Shown here: positions 52,461 through 64,000 of the stretch, one piece after another
Numbering within the stretch: the first letter of the stretch is position 1
Layout: each line of letters opens with the position of its first letter
Assembly: GCF_006345805.1 (NCBI RefSeq)
Contig: NC_043006.1
Span: 11,346,001-11,410,000 of the forward strand
DNA from: Octopus sinensis
Lineage: Eukaryota
Direction of reading: 5' to 3'
DNA: 64,000 bases
Position numbers and translations under genes: made by a program
Notes under the pieces: model-generated
Seen by the model: only the letters and a program-made list of their open reading frames with translations
What the model was told of the DNA's origin: nothing
Database searches by the model: none

Positions 52461-53104
52461 CCTGTTTAATATGAACACACATACAGACACACACACACAG
52501 ACATATGTATCATCATCATCATTTAACGTCCACTTTCCATGCTAGCATGGGTTGGATGATTTGGCTGAGGACTGACGAACCAGATGGCTGCACCAGGCTC
52601 CAATCTTGATCTGGCAGAGTATCTACAGCTGGATGCCCTTCCTAACACCAACCACTCCAAGAGTGTAGTGGGTGCTTTTTATGTGCCACCGGCACGGGGC
52701 CAGTCAGGCGATACTGGTAACAACCTCACTCGAATCCTTTTACACATGCCACCAGCACAGGTGCCAGTAAGGCGACGTTGGTAACGATCACGCTCCGATG
52801 GTGCCCTTTTACGTGCCACCGGCATGGAAGCCAGTTGGCTGCTCTGGTAACGATCATGATCGGATGGTGCTATGTATATGTTTGTGTATATAGCATCGTA
52901 CATACATGCACACATACGCATGTACATTTCGGTATGTGTGTGTGTGTGTTATGAAAATGAGCTCAGTTAAATAACTCAGAATATGGCCAGTGACATGAAT
53001 TTGGGCAAGAAAGACTAAAGGACATTAAGGAAAGAAGTAGCACCCCACCCATAAACAAGAGTACAACTGTGAAGGCATATTTCTACCTCAATAAGTGTCA
53101 TTCA

Positions 53105-53482
53105 TCATCATTTTTCGACCATGGTCGAGACAATGGAATTTACTATTTTAAACCAGACTTCACGGTCCATCATAGCATTACGGAGGTCTTGTTGCTGGAT
53201 GCCTGTATCCCTGGAGATTACATCAGGGTAGGAGAGTGTGCGCCCTCTGGTATCGCGAGCTGATGGCTTACAGAGGACAAGAGTAGAAATTACCTTGTTT
53301 TCAGCTCTACAACAATGTCCAGCAAACTGGACTCTTCTACCTTTCACAAGAGATGATACAGGTGGTAACTTCCCATATATTTGTACTTTGGTTGGATGAC
53401 GCTTCCACGAGAGATTTTGAGCTCTCATAAGGAGACGAGTGTAAGTTCCATCCAACCGCCTCTCAAGCTTCTTTGATGACGT
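53105..53482 (-). mobile_element. RTE/RTE-X-like LINE 3' end
   Basis: KKLERRLDGTYTRLLMRAQNLSWK...RRVQFAGHCCR...MMDREVW; near-identical copy on the opposite strand at ~57990-58327. Confidence 0.8.
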
Positions 53483-56400
53483 CAAGACTTATGCATATAA
53501 CGCTCCTCTGCAACAATTGTAAGTTACTGAGGGGAGAGGGGAGCTGTGGTGGGATAATGTCCAGGAAAAGAGGGAACGGATGTAGAGACAAGATCAGGGC
53601 CTGATGGTGGTGGACAGATATGATATGGGCAACGACAGGATGAGGAATGAATAAACCGGAAATACCTGAGATCAGCCATCTCTGAAGAGCAGACGCACCT
53701 GTAATCGTGAGAGAGAGAGAGAGAGATAGGGGAGAGGAAGATGAGGAAAGAGAGAGTGGAGGCAGCACACCTTTGGGCCAGAAAGTTGGAGTGTGTTCAC
53801 AGACGGAACACAGAAGGATGGAAGGAGAAGCTGACCAAAGTAGCATTTGGTGAACAACCTTATTCTAATCAGTCAAGTGGGCTTTCTTTGAATGCATCTT
53901 AGGGTGTGATGGTGTGTGTGTGTGTGTGTGTGTGTGTGCGCACGTGCGCATGCGTGTGAGTGTCTGAAAGAGAGAGAGAGAGAACGTAGCAGCAGCGCTC
54001 TCCTCTATGTGGGAGCTCTACGCCATCTTGGCTGTTATATGATCTCTACTGTTCCTTAATAGTTGAGGCAGATTTAAGTATCTCCTGACATTTTGTGATG
54101 CAGTACATACACAAACAGACAGCCAGATAGACAGACAGAAGCTATTATATTGTCATGCGGTTATTATCACAATTTAAAATTTATCCGCTCAATAGAACCA
54201 AGTGGAGGCGCAATGGCCCAGTGGCTAGGGCAGCGGACTCGCAATCAGAGGATCACGGTTTCCATTCCCAGACCGGGCATTGTGTGTGTTTATTGAGCGA
54301 AAACACCTAAAGCTCCATGAGGCTTCAGCGGGGGGGGGGGGGGGTGACCCCTGTAGTACTCTTTCGCCCCAACTTTCTCTCACTCTTTCTTCCTGTTTCT
54401 TGAGTAACGCTGCGATGGACAGGCATCCTGTCCAGCTGGGGGGAACACATATGCCATAGAAACCGGGAAACCAGGTCCATGCACCTGGCTAGGCTTGAAA
54501 AGGGTGCATAGATAAGAAAATAATAGAACCAAAGCCCTGGATATTGTTATCAATATTCTCAATTAAAGAACCACCACCTTACTTTCATCCCAACTACCTC
54601 CATCATAACAACATCTATACTTCCAAACTCAACTTTCTAGCATGACTACCCAACCACCCTTGTTCCCATCTACATGAATAATTACTACCACAAACACAAC
54701 TGCTACTATTACCACTGCCCCTACTCCTAATGTAGTACCTGTCACTTCAGAAACAGAAACAAGATCAAAGTAGTATACGCACTAGCTAAAGGGATGTGGT
54801 TTGTGTCTGGTTATGATGGTGGGGGACAGTTGTGGTAGTAATAAAAGCATGTAGACAAGGTGACAGAAAGAATATAAGGAAATTACCTTGGAGAGTGAAA
54901 TATCCAACGTTTCGGACAGAGTCTATCATCCGGTTTAAGGTGACAGGGGAGAAATATAAGAAAGACAGAAAAGTCTTATTTCCTATATGCTATATGTTTG
55001 AGGAACTGGCTGCAACTGATGAGGAACGCAAGATAGTGTGAACTTCATTTGTAGAAGGGGAGTAGTAAGAAAGGGAGACAGAAAGAAAAATGAAGAGAGG
55101 AGATGAAACAGGTGAGGCCAGGTGAGCTGGCAGAAGAAATTGAGGTGAAACGGGAGTTAAAGGATATGACAGGGACCACTGAACTAAGAGTTTCTCGAAA
55201 GTAGGGTATGTAAAACTCTGCTATCTTTCTTTTATTTCCCTGCAATCAATTTAACTCTGAAGAAAAACTCTATCTGAAACATTGACTATTTCATCTCCCC
55301 ACAGCAATTTCACGGTAATATTTCAGCTGCTTTTCTGAATAATACAAGATGTACTGACTCAGACCACTCCCGGGCTCATTGGATTCTGCTTTATCTAATT
55401 GACTCATTTGTAGGTGTTGAGTATGGAGGTTCTGGTTTGTTAAATATTGGTGAACACATGTGTTGGGAGAAAAATATATTCAAAACCCGTTCTACAAAAC
55501 ATGCCAATAATGATTCTTATTTCTTTACAGCCCACAAGGGGCTACACACAGAGGGGGCAAACAAGGACAGACAAATGGATTAAGTTGATTATATCGACCC
55601 CAGTGCGTAAATGGTATTTATTTAATCGACCCCGAAAGGATGAAAGGCAAAGTCGACATCGGCGAATTTGAACTCAGAACGTAGCTGCAGACAAAATACC
55701 TATTTTTTTACTACCCACAAGGGGCTAAACACAGAGGGAACAAATAAGGACAGACAAACAGATTAAGTCGATTATATCAACCCCAGTGCTTAAGTGGTAC
55801 TTAATTTATTGATCCCGAAAGAATGAAAGACAAAGTCGACCTCGGCGGAATTTGAACTCAGAATGTAGCGGCAGAGAAAATACCACTAAGCATTTCACCC
55901 GACATGCTAACGCTTCTGCCAGTTGCCAGCTCACCAATAATGATTCTATGTGGTTGCTTGACTTACTAGAAACAGCTGCCAAGTTTATCTCCAGTCATAC
56001 TGCAATTTACCCTCTAAGAATGGGGCGGTCATGACTTAAATGCTTGTTATCAATTGTCTGTCCAAAAGATACCTTCACGAGTCATACCAACTCATAAGCG
56101 TCAGTTTCCTGGTATCCGTGGCGTGTATATCCCCACCTGGATGGGACGCCGGTCTGTTGCAGCGTTACTCATTTTTGCCAGCTGAGTGGACTGGAGCAAC
56201 ATGAAAGGAAGTGTTTTGCTCAAGAATACAACGCATCACCCAGTCCAGGAATAAAAACCACAATCTTACCATCATGAGTCCAACACCCTAAGCCACACGC
56301 CTCCACTTCAAAAGATACCACAGATAATTGTTTCTGATTCAGACACAAGGCCTGCAATTTCAAGGGGTAGAGGTGAGTTGATTACCACAACTCCAGTACT

Positions 56401-57089
56401 AGTTTGGTATTTTGTTTTACCGACCCTTGCTTGATAGGTGAATGAAATGCAAAGAAGATTTTGGTAAGATCTGAGCACAGAATGTAAAGGGTCGAAACAA
56501 ATAGCACAAAGCAATTTTTCCACTTCTCTAACGATTCTGCCAGTCAATTTCCCCTAATAGTTTCTAATTAAGGCACAAGACAAAAATTTATAGGGGGAGA
56601 GGATTAGTCGATACTATTGACTCCAGTTTATCGACCCAATGAGGGAATGAAATATAAAACTGGCCTCTGAACTTAGAAAGTAAAGAGCCGGAAGAAATAC
56701 TATAAGGCATTTTCTCTGACACTCTAATAATTCTGCCAGCTCGCCGCTTTAAGGAGACCACAGATAATGGTTTCAAATTTTGGCACATTCCAGCAATTTC
56801 TGTGGCGTTGGGAGACTTAGTTGATTACATCGACTTCATTATTCAACAGGTACTCATTTAATTGCCTTCAGTGGAATTTGAACTCAGAACAGAAATACAG
56901 GCAAAATGCTTAGTGGCACTTTGCCCATATTTCTGTTCTGATCTAACAATTCTGCCAGCACGTTGCCTTAAAGAGACAATAGATAATTAAGTCAGTAAAT
57001 CCTCAGATCTAATCACAGAAAAATCCCAGCTAATCCTTTATCGTTTTACTGATGGCAACTAGCTCTCAATCCACAACAAACCCAAATAA

Positions 57090-57488
57090 TCTCTCTCTAT
57101 ATAAACAGCAGTTTGTCTGTCAGGTTGTACCCTCACCCTGACCACGGCTTTCAACCGATTCTGATGAAACTTGACACACACATAGCCCAATGTCATAATT
57201 CAAAACTAACGCAGCGAAAATTTTGAAAAGTTCCCCCAGTTCTGAAAAAAATCGATAAATTCGACATGGGGTCGAGAATCTAAGCTTTTTATATGCAACA
57301 CATTTTCTGTCTAGGGGACACAATTCGACAGCTAGGAACATCGTATACACAGAAGTATTCGAGTGAAGAGAAGACATTGCAACCTACACATGCGCCTTCG
57401 TTCCCTAGAGGGAAAGGACTAGATTGGGATTAGTCGTTGCCTACTAGGGGCTCTTACATACCCGGGCAACGACGGGCTATGCTGCTAG
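57090..57488 (+). mobile_element. Non-autonomous Helitron
   Basis: A|TC start; 3' GC hairpin CCCG-ggcaacga-CGGG ~11 nt before CTAG|T. Confidence 0.75.
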
Positions 57489-57989
57489 TGTGTGATATAA
57501 GAGAAACAATATAGGAAACTACTGTGCCTGTGGATTTTTAAAAATTGTTAAGTCCCCCACTGGAAAATATCTTCGATGTCTCTGTCCATGGAATCAGTGT
57601 AGATTCCCGGTATCAAGTAAATGGCATCTGTGTGGGGGAGTATAGTAGGAGAGAACAGTCATACAATCTACATAGTAAGGAACATTGTTAGAGGTGATAA
57701 TAGATTGTTAATGTGTGGCGGAAGGACAACACATACAATCATCGGGTAATACCAAATGTAATAAATTATGCACCACATAAAATCTCATTTGTACACACTG
57801 CAATGGCGTGATCTGACAGGAAGTTTCTGGTCAGATTACACCATCAAGTAAGAGAGAAGGTCGGTAGTAGATCAAAGACAGTAAGTTTAACCAGATTTTA
57901 AGGTTAGGCACAGCCGGCTATTTTGCTGATATTAAGTACAACGATATTAGTAGGGCTTCTGTAGCTCTGGTTCTACTATATGGCTCAGG

Positions 57990-58327
57990 AACCTGGACGT
58001 TATCAAAGAAGCTTGAGAGGCGGTTGGATGGAACTTACACTCGCCTCCTTATGAGAGCTCAAAATATCTTGTGGAAGCGTCATCCAACCAAAGTACAAAT
58101 ATATGGGAACTACCACCTGTATCATCTCTTGTGGAAGGTAGAAGAGTCCAGTTTGCTGGACATTATTGTAGAGCTGAAAACGAGGTAATTTCTGCTCTTC
58201 TCCTCTGGAAGCTATCTGCTCGCGATACCAGAGGGCGCACACTCTCCTACCCTGATGTAATCTCCAGGGATACAGGCATCCAGCAACAGGACCTCCGTAA
58301 TGCTATGATGGACCGTGATGATGATGA
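57990..58327 (+). mobile_element. RTE/RTE-X-like LINE 3' fragment
   Basis: Paralog of 53105-53482 (RRVQFAGHYCR, NAMMDR). Confidence 0.8.
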
Positions 58328-59135
58328 GCTCTGGTTCTACGGAAGCCACATTGCTAGAGTAGCAGTTCTTTCACTCCAGAAATATGTATACTTGAAAAGC
58401 TGTCTCCCTCAACACACACACACGCACATGTAACTATATGTGCGAATGTGTGTGAACAACCTCTTATCTTCGTATAAACACAGTCATACACAGATGAGAC
58501 GAAGAACTAGCGATATCAATACGAGTACGTAGTTTTCAAGTAGTAAAGTAGTATTACGAAAAGTATACATAATCTCCCGTAAGACCAACACGTATTTTAA
58601 TAAACTGTTTAACGATAAGGAAACTAACTTTTTCTTTCCGGTACATTTTATAACAAGGAATCAGTAAACAACTGACACCGGTTCCTGAATGTGTCGGCGG
58701 TAATCTTGGTAAATTTAAGATTCCAATGCATGGCACAAAGAATCTTCTTAGACGGTAAGAAGTGACTTCTGCCTTAATATTTACTCATAGAAACGGTTTG
58801 CTCCATCCACACCCAGTCTACAAATAAACCATCGTTTTATATAATTACTGACATCAATTAAACTTGGAGGATGAAAGGCCAAGTGGATTTGTTCTCTTGC
58901 GATTAAAGCCAGTTTCTTTCGTATTCCCTGTAAATATTTAAGCCTTATTATCAGCCTGATTGAGCAGGTGCGTGGTCAGAGAGGCTTTGGCAAAAAGCAA
59001 AGCATAAAACTATCAGCTCAAACTACAGACTATTTCTAATTAGATTTCTAATAACGAAAATAAAAAACTTTAACACTTACCGTAGATAAATCCACCTCTG
59101 TCATACGGGCCGACTAAAGAGTCAATAGAAATAGC

Positions 59136-59763
59136 GGTACTAATTAAGAAGAGCCGTCCCCGTGCGCGCATCCGCACTAGCTAGTCGTGACTAGTCGATC
59201 CTTACTTTGTATTTTTACTCTTTTACTTGTTTCAGTCATTTGACTGTGGCCATGCTGGAGCACCACCTTTTAGTCGAGCAAATCGACCCCAGGACTTATT
59301 CTTTGTAAGCCCAGTACTTATTCTCTCGGTCTCTTTTGCCGAACCGCTAAGTTACGGGGACGTAAACACACCAGCATCGGTTGTCAAGCGATGTTGGGGG
59401 GAGGGGGACAAACACAGACACACAAACATATACACATACATACATATATATATATACGACGGGCTTTTTTTTCAGTTTCCGTCTACCAAATCCACTCACA
59501 AGGCTTTGGTCTGTCCAAGGCTATAGTAGAAGACACTTGCCCAAGGTGCCACGCAGTGGGACTGAACCCGGAACCATGTGGTTGGTAAGCAAGCTACTTA
59601 CCATACAGCCACTCCTACGCTTTACTTTGTATTTGTGTTTTATTTACTTTGTTTTAAAAAATTATTTACTTTGTTAGGTAGTCGTTGTAGGATCAACTAG
59701 TCACGACTAGCTAGTGCAGATACGCGAGTGCGCGCACCGGGACTACTCTTCTTAAGTAGTACC
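59136..59763. mobile_element. Merlin-like MITE with nested SINE (59215-59621)
   Basis: TIR GGTACTA.TTAAGAAGAG...CTCTTCTTAAGTAGTACC; perfect 8-bp TSD GAAATAGC. The nested SINE has a 13-bp TSD TTACTTTGTATTT. Confidence 0.85.
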
Positions 59764-60271
59764 GAAATAGCAGCCATATCTCCCTCAATGCTCTATAATT
59801 TCTCTTTTCAATTTAAACATAGCTATGTGATTAAGAAGTTCGCTTCCCAATGATGTAGGTTTCGGTTCAGTCTCAACGTGTGGCACCTTGGACATGTGTT
59901 TCCTACTATAGCCCCGGACGGACCGTAACTTTGTCAGTGGCTTTGGTTGACGCCTCTGTTTGTCTCTCCTCGCGTAATGGTTGTAAAAGTGTCTTTTGTT
60001 TCCAGCTCTCCGTGAAAACATGTCTGGCCATGAGGAAATATCTTGTTTAGATACAGGTGAGGATTGGCGACTGGAAGATCGCCAGCTGTAATAAATCTGC
60101 CTCAACAAAATTTGTGTGACCCATGGAAGCAGGAAAAAGTGAAAATTAAATCGATGATGATGAATCTTAATAATACAAACTGGTGGGATGGTTATGGCTG
60201 GAACACCTTTGATCTCAATAAAGACCGAAGACTCGAGATTAAAGAACAACTACCACCTATTAACTCTTGAG

Positions 60272-61365
60272 CTGTGGTTCTCAACCATTTTTTTTTGCCT
60301 ATGGACCCCTTTGATTCCGGTTTGACTCTGCTAGACCCCCATAGACATTTGGTGTTTAAAAGAGTTCCATTCTATTTCTATAATCAAATCACCATGACCA
60401 CCGTGACCGACCAGGCTATCAGATGTTGCTACACATCGCTGGTCACAATGCGCTTTGCATTGTTTTAGCCTTCAAGTGACGCCACCCAGCAGGCTAAGTG
60501 AGCAGGTCAACAGAAGAAAGAGTGTGAGAAAGTTGTGGCGAAAGAGTACAGCAGGGACCGCCACCACCCTCTGCCAGAGCCTCGTGGATGTTTAGGTGTT
60601 TTTGCTCCATAAACACTCACAATGCCCGGTCTGAGAATCAAAACCGAGTCTGCTGCCCTAACCACTGGTCCACTGCGCCTCCTTTTATAATCAAATATTA
60701 TTAGGAATTCTATAAAAAATATTGTTGGGGCGTAGGACGACCTGCTGTGCTTGGGGAGACTGATTGAGTCAAGTACATCAACATCAAAATGAAGATCAAA
60801 TGGAAATTGTAGTTGTGATACCCATGCCGGTGGCACTTAAAAAGCACCATCTGAACGTGGCTTCCGTGCTGGTGGTATGTAAAAAGTACCAACCGATCAT
60901 GGTCGTTACCAGCCTCTTCTGGCCCCTGTGCCGGTGGCACGTAAGAAGCTCCAACTGATCGTGGCCGTTGCCAGCTTCCTCTGGCCCCTGTGCCGGTGGC
61001 ATGTAAAAAGCACCAACCGATCGTGGCTGTTGCCAGCCTCCTCTGGCCCCTGTGCCGGTGGCACGTAAAAAGCATCCACTACACTCATGGAGTGGTTGGT
61101 GTTAGGAAGGACATCCAGCTGTAGAAACACTGCCAGATCAGACTGGAGCCTGGTGCAGCCTCCTGGCTTCCCAGACCCCGGTCGAACTGTCCAACCCATG
61201 CTAGCATGAAAAATGGACGTTAAATGATGATGATGGTGGTGGCGGTGGTAGTGGTGGTGGTGATTTTGCGAGTTGTAGAAGTATAATTTATTGCACATAA
61301 ATTTTAACATCAAAATCTTATATACGAACTCCCAGGGGCATATGGACCCCGGTTGAGAATCCCTG
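60272..61365. mobile_element. hAT-Charlie-like MITE with nested SINE (60390-60682) and LINE 3' UTR (60730-61262)
   Basis: Ends CTGTGGTTCTCAACC / GGTTGAGAATCCCTG; 8-bp TSD CTCTTGAG / CTCCTGAG. A related fragment lies at ~21850-22125. Confidence 0.8.
60730..61262 (+). mobile_element. Representative of the most abundant repeat: 5'-truncated RTE-like LINE 3' UTR with (GAT)n tail
   Basis: Core gtggcacgtaaaaagcacccactacactc..ggagtggttggcgttaggaagggcatccagctgtagaaa..ccaacccatgctagcatggaaagcggacgttaaa(tga)n. More than 25 copies, e.g. + 2981-3195, 4640-5135, 11835-12249, 18975-19435, 23363-23897, 37045-37540; - 9469-9760, 13981-14450, 18372-18710, 38041-38445, 40787-41098, 52510-52871. At 1283-1330 it follows an ORF-end-like DLW.YTVLEKTCQAK*. 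Confidence 0.65.
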
Positions 61366-61735
61366 CTCCTGAGTGTGTCATACCAGTCTATCTATTTCTT
61401 TCTTCAATGTTTCACAGTTTACCATCTGTAAAAGTAATAATCCAGACATTAGTCCAAAACCTTAAGTAACATCTACAGTTGCTCATTGATTTTTCACACA
61501 CTATTTATCCTGTACATAAACTTTCTTCTATTAAATCTGCTAGAAATAGCAGCTAACTTCCATTCATTGTTGCATTCTACCATCTTAAGGTGCAAGCATT
61601 AATCTGTGGTTCAGAAGTCTGCTTCCCATTTACATGGTTTTACACTTTAGCATTTAAACCAGCCAGTTCTGGCCTATCACACCTGACCTACAATGTCTTT
61701 CAAAAAATAAACTATCATCATCATTTATTGTCCGT

Positions 61736-61946
61736 TATCCAGAGGTAATGCAGTACAATCGTTTCGTGCGACTCCATTTAATTGAATTGATCCAGGAGTC
61801 ACATGAAACGATCGTACTGCATTACCTCTGGATATCCTTGTTGTTTATTTTAATTTAAATTGCCTTATTTTGAATTGTATGGATAATTACCATACTAAAT
61901 TCTGGTGCCTTAACTTAAGTACCATATTCATCTGAATCTAAATTTT
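61736..61946 (+). mobile_element. Penelope pLTR fragment with inverted duplication and 3' half of a hammerhead
   Basis: Arms 61736-61775 / 61795-61834; GAAAC-GATC-GTA at 61805-61816; ends in (TA)n. Confidence 0.6.
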
Positions 61947-62471
61947 ATATATATATGTTTCTTTATTACCCACAAGGGGCTAAACATAGAAGGGACAAAC
62001 AAGGACAGAAAAATGGATTAAGTCGATTACAACGACCCCAGTGTGTAACTGGTACTTAATTTATCGACCCCCGAAAGGATGAAAGGCAAAGTCGACCTCG
62101 GCGGAATTTGAACTCAGAACGTAGCGGCAGACGAAATAGGGCTACGCATTTCGCCCGGCGTGCTAACGTTTCTGCCAGCTCGCTGCCTTTTATATATATA
62201 TGAGTGTGTGTGTGTTAACAAATATAAAACCCTGCTGCCAAATACTTATCTTGTAGATGTTTTTCCAGAAATTTAACATCTGCGATTTCATGTTGTTTGA
62301 AACCAAACCTTTGCTTATGATTCCTCTCAATTTTTATCATTTATTGATTGTTTTCTATTTGTAACTTTTTAAAAAAAAGTTGGTAGTTTTTAGTTTTAAA
62401 TATACTTTATCATTTAATTTCATGTTTTTTATAATTTTTTATTATTTTCATTTTTAACCAGTTAAAAGAAA

Positions 62472-63532
62472 ATGGAACAGGATAACACCAAAGAAAATGA
62501 TCTGCCGCTGATGGCGAACATAGACACATATTGTGTCCAGCATTATATTCTGGATTTGATGTGTGACTTTTCTAAAAACATACTTTCTGGATCAACGACA
62601 CTCTTTGTTAATCGTGTTAAATCAGATCCAGTGAAATCTCATTTAGAAAATTACATTTTACCAATAAAAAAGCGGAAACAGGTAACTACAGACCAAATTA
62701 TTACAGAGAAGAAACAGAAGAATTGCAGCAAAGTTTTAAAATGTTCTGAAAGCAATTCAAATAAACTTACAGATTCTTTAAACTCTGATAATGTGTTTTT
62801 TGATGAAGAACATTCTAGTTTTGCTCAGTCTGAGCAATATTTAAAAGACTGCGAGGAAACTGAGTCAAGTTTTGCAACGCATGATATTCCAAGCAATAAT
62901 GAGAAAACGCCATATATTCCAAAATTGGGTACTGTTGGATCTACACAAATTAATTCTTCGTGTTCAGAAGAGGAAATTTTACCAACAGATATTACTTCAA
63001 ATGATAAAAACGTCGAAGAAATAATTCCATCAATTGGCAATCAAAGAAATTTTATGACTGCAAAGGATATAAGTAAAGAATCTACGGAGTCAATGAATTC
63101 TTTTACAATTTGTCATTCAGAACAGAAACAATTTACCAAAGTTTTACCTGGCAATTCAGACATTAACCTTCAGTCAGTGGAAGGTGGCAGTAACCAATAT
63201 AACCATTCCATATTTATACTCGATGCCTGCGATATTATTGTTTCTGAAGTTACTTTATTACCACTTCTTTGGTGCGATAAATGCCAAAATAAATGTTTTA
63301 AAGAATGTGAAACAGGTGCTGATTCCTCTGCCAAAAGAGAAGAATTTTATCGTCAATGTTCTTTAAAAATTGGTAAAGAAATGTCATTTAAAAATGACAA
63401 ATGGTCACTGAGAATTTTTGAGAAGGATCCAACAGAAGAATTCTGCCTAAATTCCAAGTTTGCTATTAAAATTAAATATTCAACACTTGCCAAAGGGAAG
63501 TCATTGAAATGGGTACCAGACCAAGATGGGAA
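62472..63532 (+). CDS. Large first coding exon of an unidentified gene (S/N/E-rich N-terminus, Cys-containing C-terminal part)
   Basis: 353-codon open frame in AT-rich DNA. T-rich acceptor ttttaaccag| at 62461, in-frame TAA just upstream of the ATG, and consensus donor AA|gtaagt at 63533. No family recognised. Confidence 0.75.
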
Positions 63533-63589
63533 GTAAGTTTTAATTCTTTGAGATTTTCTTGAAACATTTATACATACATATATATAACT

Positions 63590-63845
63590 TAAAATAGAAG
63601 ATCTGAAATCCACCTGATGAATGTCCTGAGAAGAGACATGAAACAATTGTAGTGGCGAATATAATTTTATTTAATTTATATTAAAATGGTTTTATGTATT
63701 GGATTAAGTCTTTCTTTGTTTGATTTGCAAAATAGTGGTTTTGTCTCTAATTAATATTATATAATATTTTACTATAAAATTGGATTCAATCCTAAATCTG
63801 ATTTTCCCTGTAAATTTGGATTTATTCCCTAATATTTATTATTAT
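63590..63845 (+). mobile_element. Penelope-like element terminal repeat (pLTR) ending at (TA)n
   Basis: Hammerhead followed by an AT-rich tail. Its end (ttttccctgtaaatttggatttattccc) resembles the reverse complement of 38590-38640. Confidence 0.6.
63610..63655 (+). ncRNA. Minimal type I hammerhead ribozyme (Penelope-type)
   Basis: CCAC-CTGATGA-ATGTC-ctgagaaga-GACAT-GAAAC-AATT-GTA-GTGG; all core nucleotides and all three stems intact. Confidence 0.85.
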
Positions 63846-63852
63846 ATATATA

Positions 63853-63894
<42 letters not shown>

Positions 63895-64000
63895 TTCTAT
63901 ATATATATATAATGCTAATTCACAGCCTTTTCTGTTTTTACTTACTTTATGTCATTTTTGTAAGCAAGTTTTATGGCTATTTACACTTATATTGGACATA

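Noticed and set aside
58500-59100. Alternative promoter/UTR exons (donor-like sites at 58754 + and 59080 -) and a YY1-like motif at ~54021
   Set aside because: Only short motif matches; cannot be supported without transcript data.

Overview
Eukaryotic, repeat-dense, AT-rich genomic DNA. The repeat content (tRNA-derived SINEs, RTE/CR1 LINEs, Penelope-like elements, (TA)n/(CAT)n microsatellites) suggests an Octopus/coleoid cephalopod; this is an inference. The main gene is SPAG1 (TPR co-chaperone, axonemal dynein assembly factor) on the minus strand. I read 10 GT-AG coding exons with consistent phases (32561 down to 996; 939 nt = 313 codons), and the gene continues beyond the left edge. A candidate RFX X-box and 5' UTR exon lie near 44.3-44.4 kb. 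A large first coding exon of an unidentified plus-strand gene lies at 62462-63532. The rest is nested mobile DNA: piggyBac, mariner, hAT- and Merlin-like MITEs, Helitrons, LINE fragments and SINEs. The most interesting signals are at the RNA level: (1) a highly structured, hammerhead-ribozyme-containing ~340-nt unit present as ~1.3 tandem copies (non-LTR retrozyme-like) in a SPAG1 intron at 25.5-26.2 kb; (2) a ~100-bp hairpin at 36127-36350 with about 26 G.U wobbles and only one A.C mismatch; (3) several Penelope-type minimal hammerheads, one intact and in sense just after a splice donor, plus fold-backs whose apex falls at or near the predicted ribozyme cleavage site; (4) a SINE trimer inserted as a single event. 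Coordinates were read by eye and may be off by a few bases for degenerate repeats.
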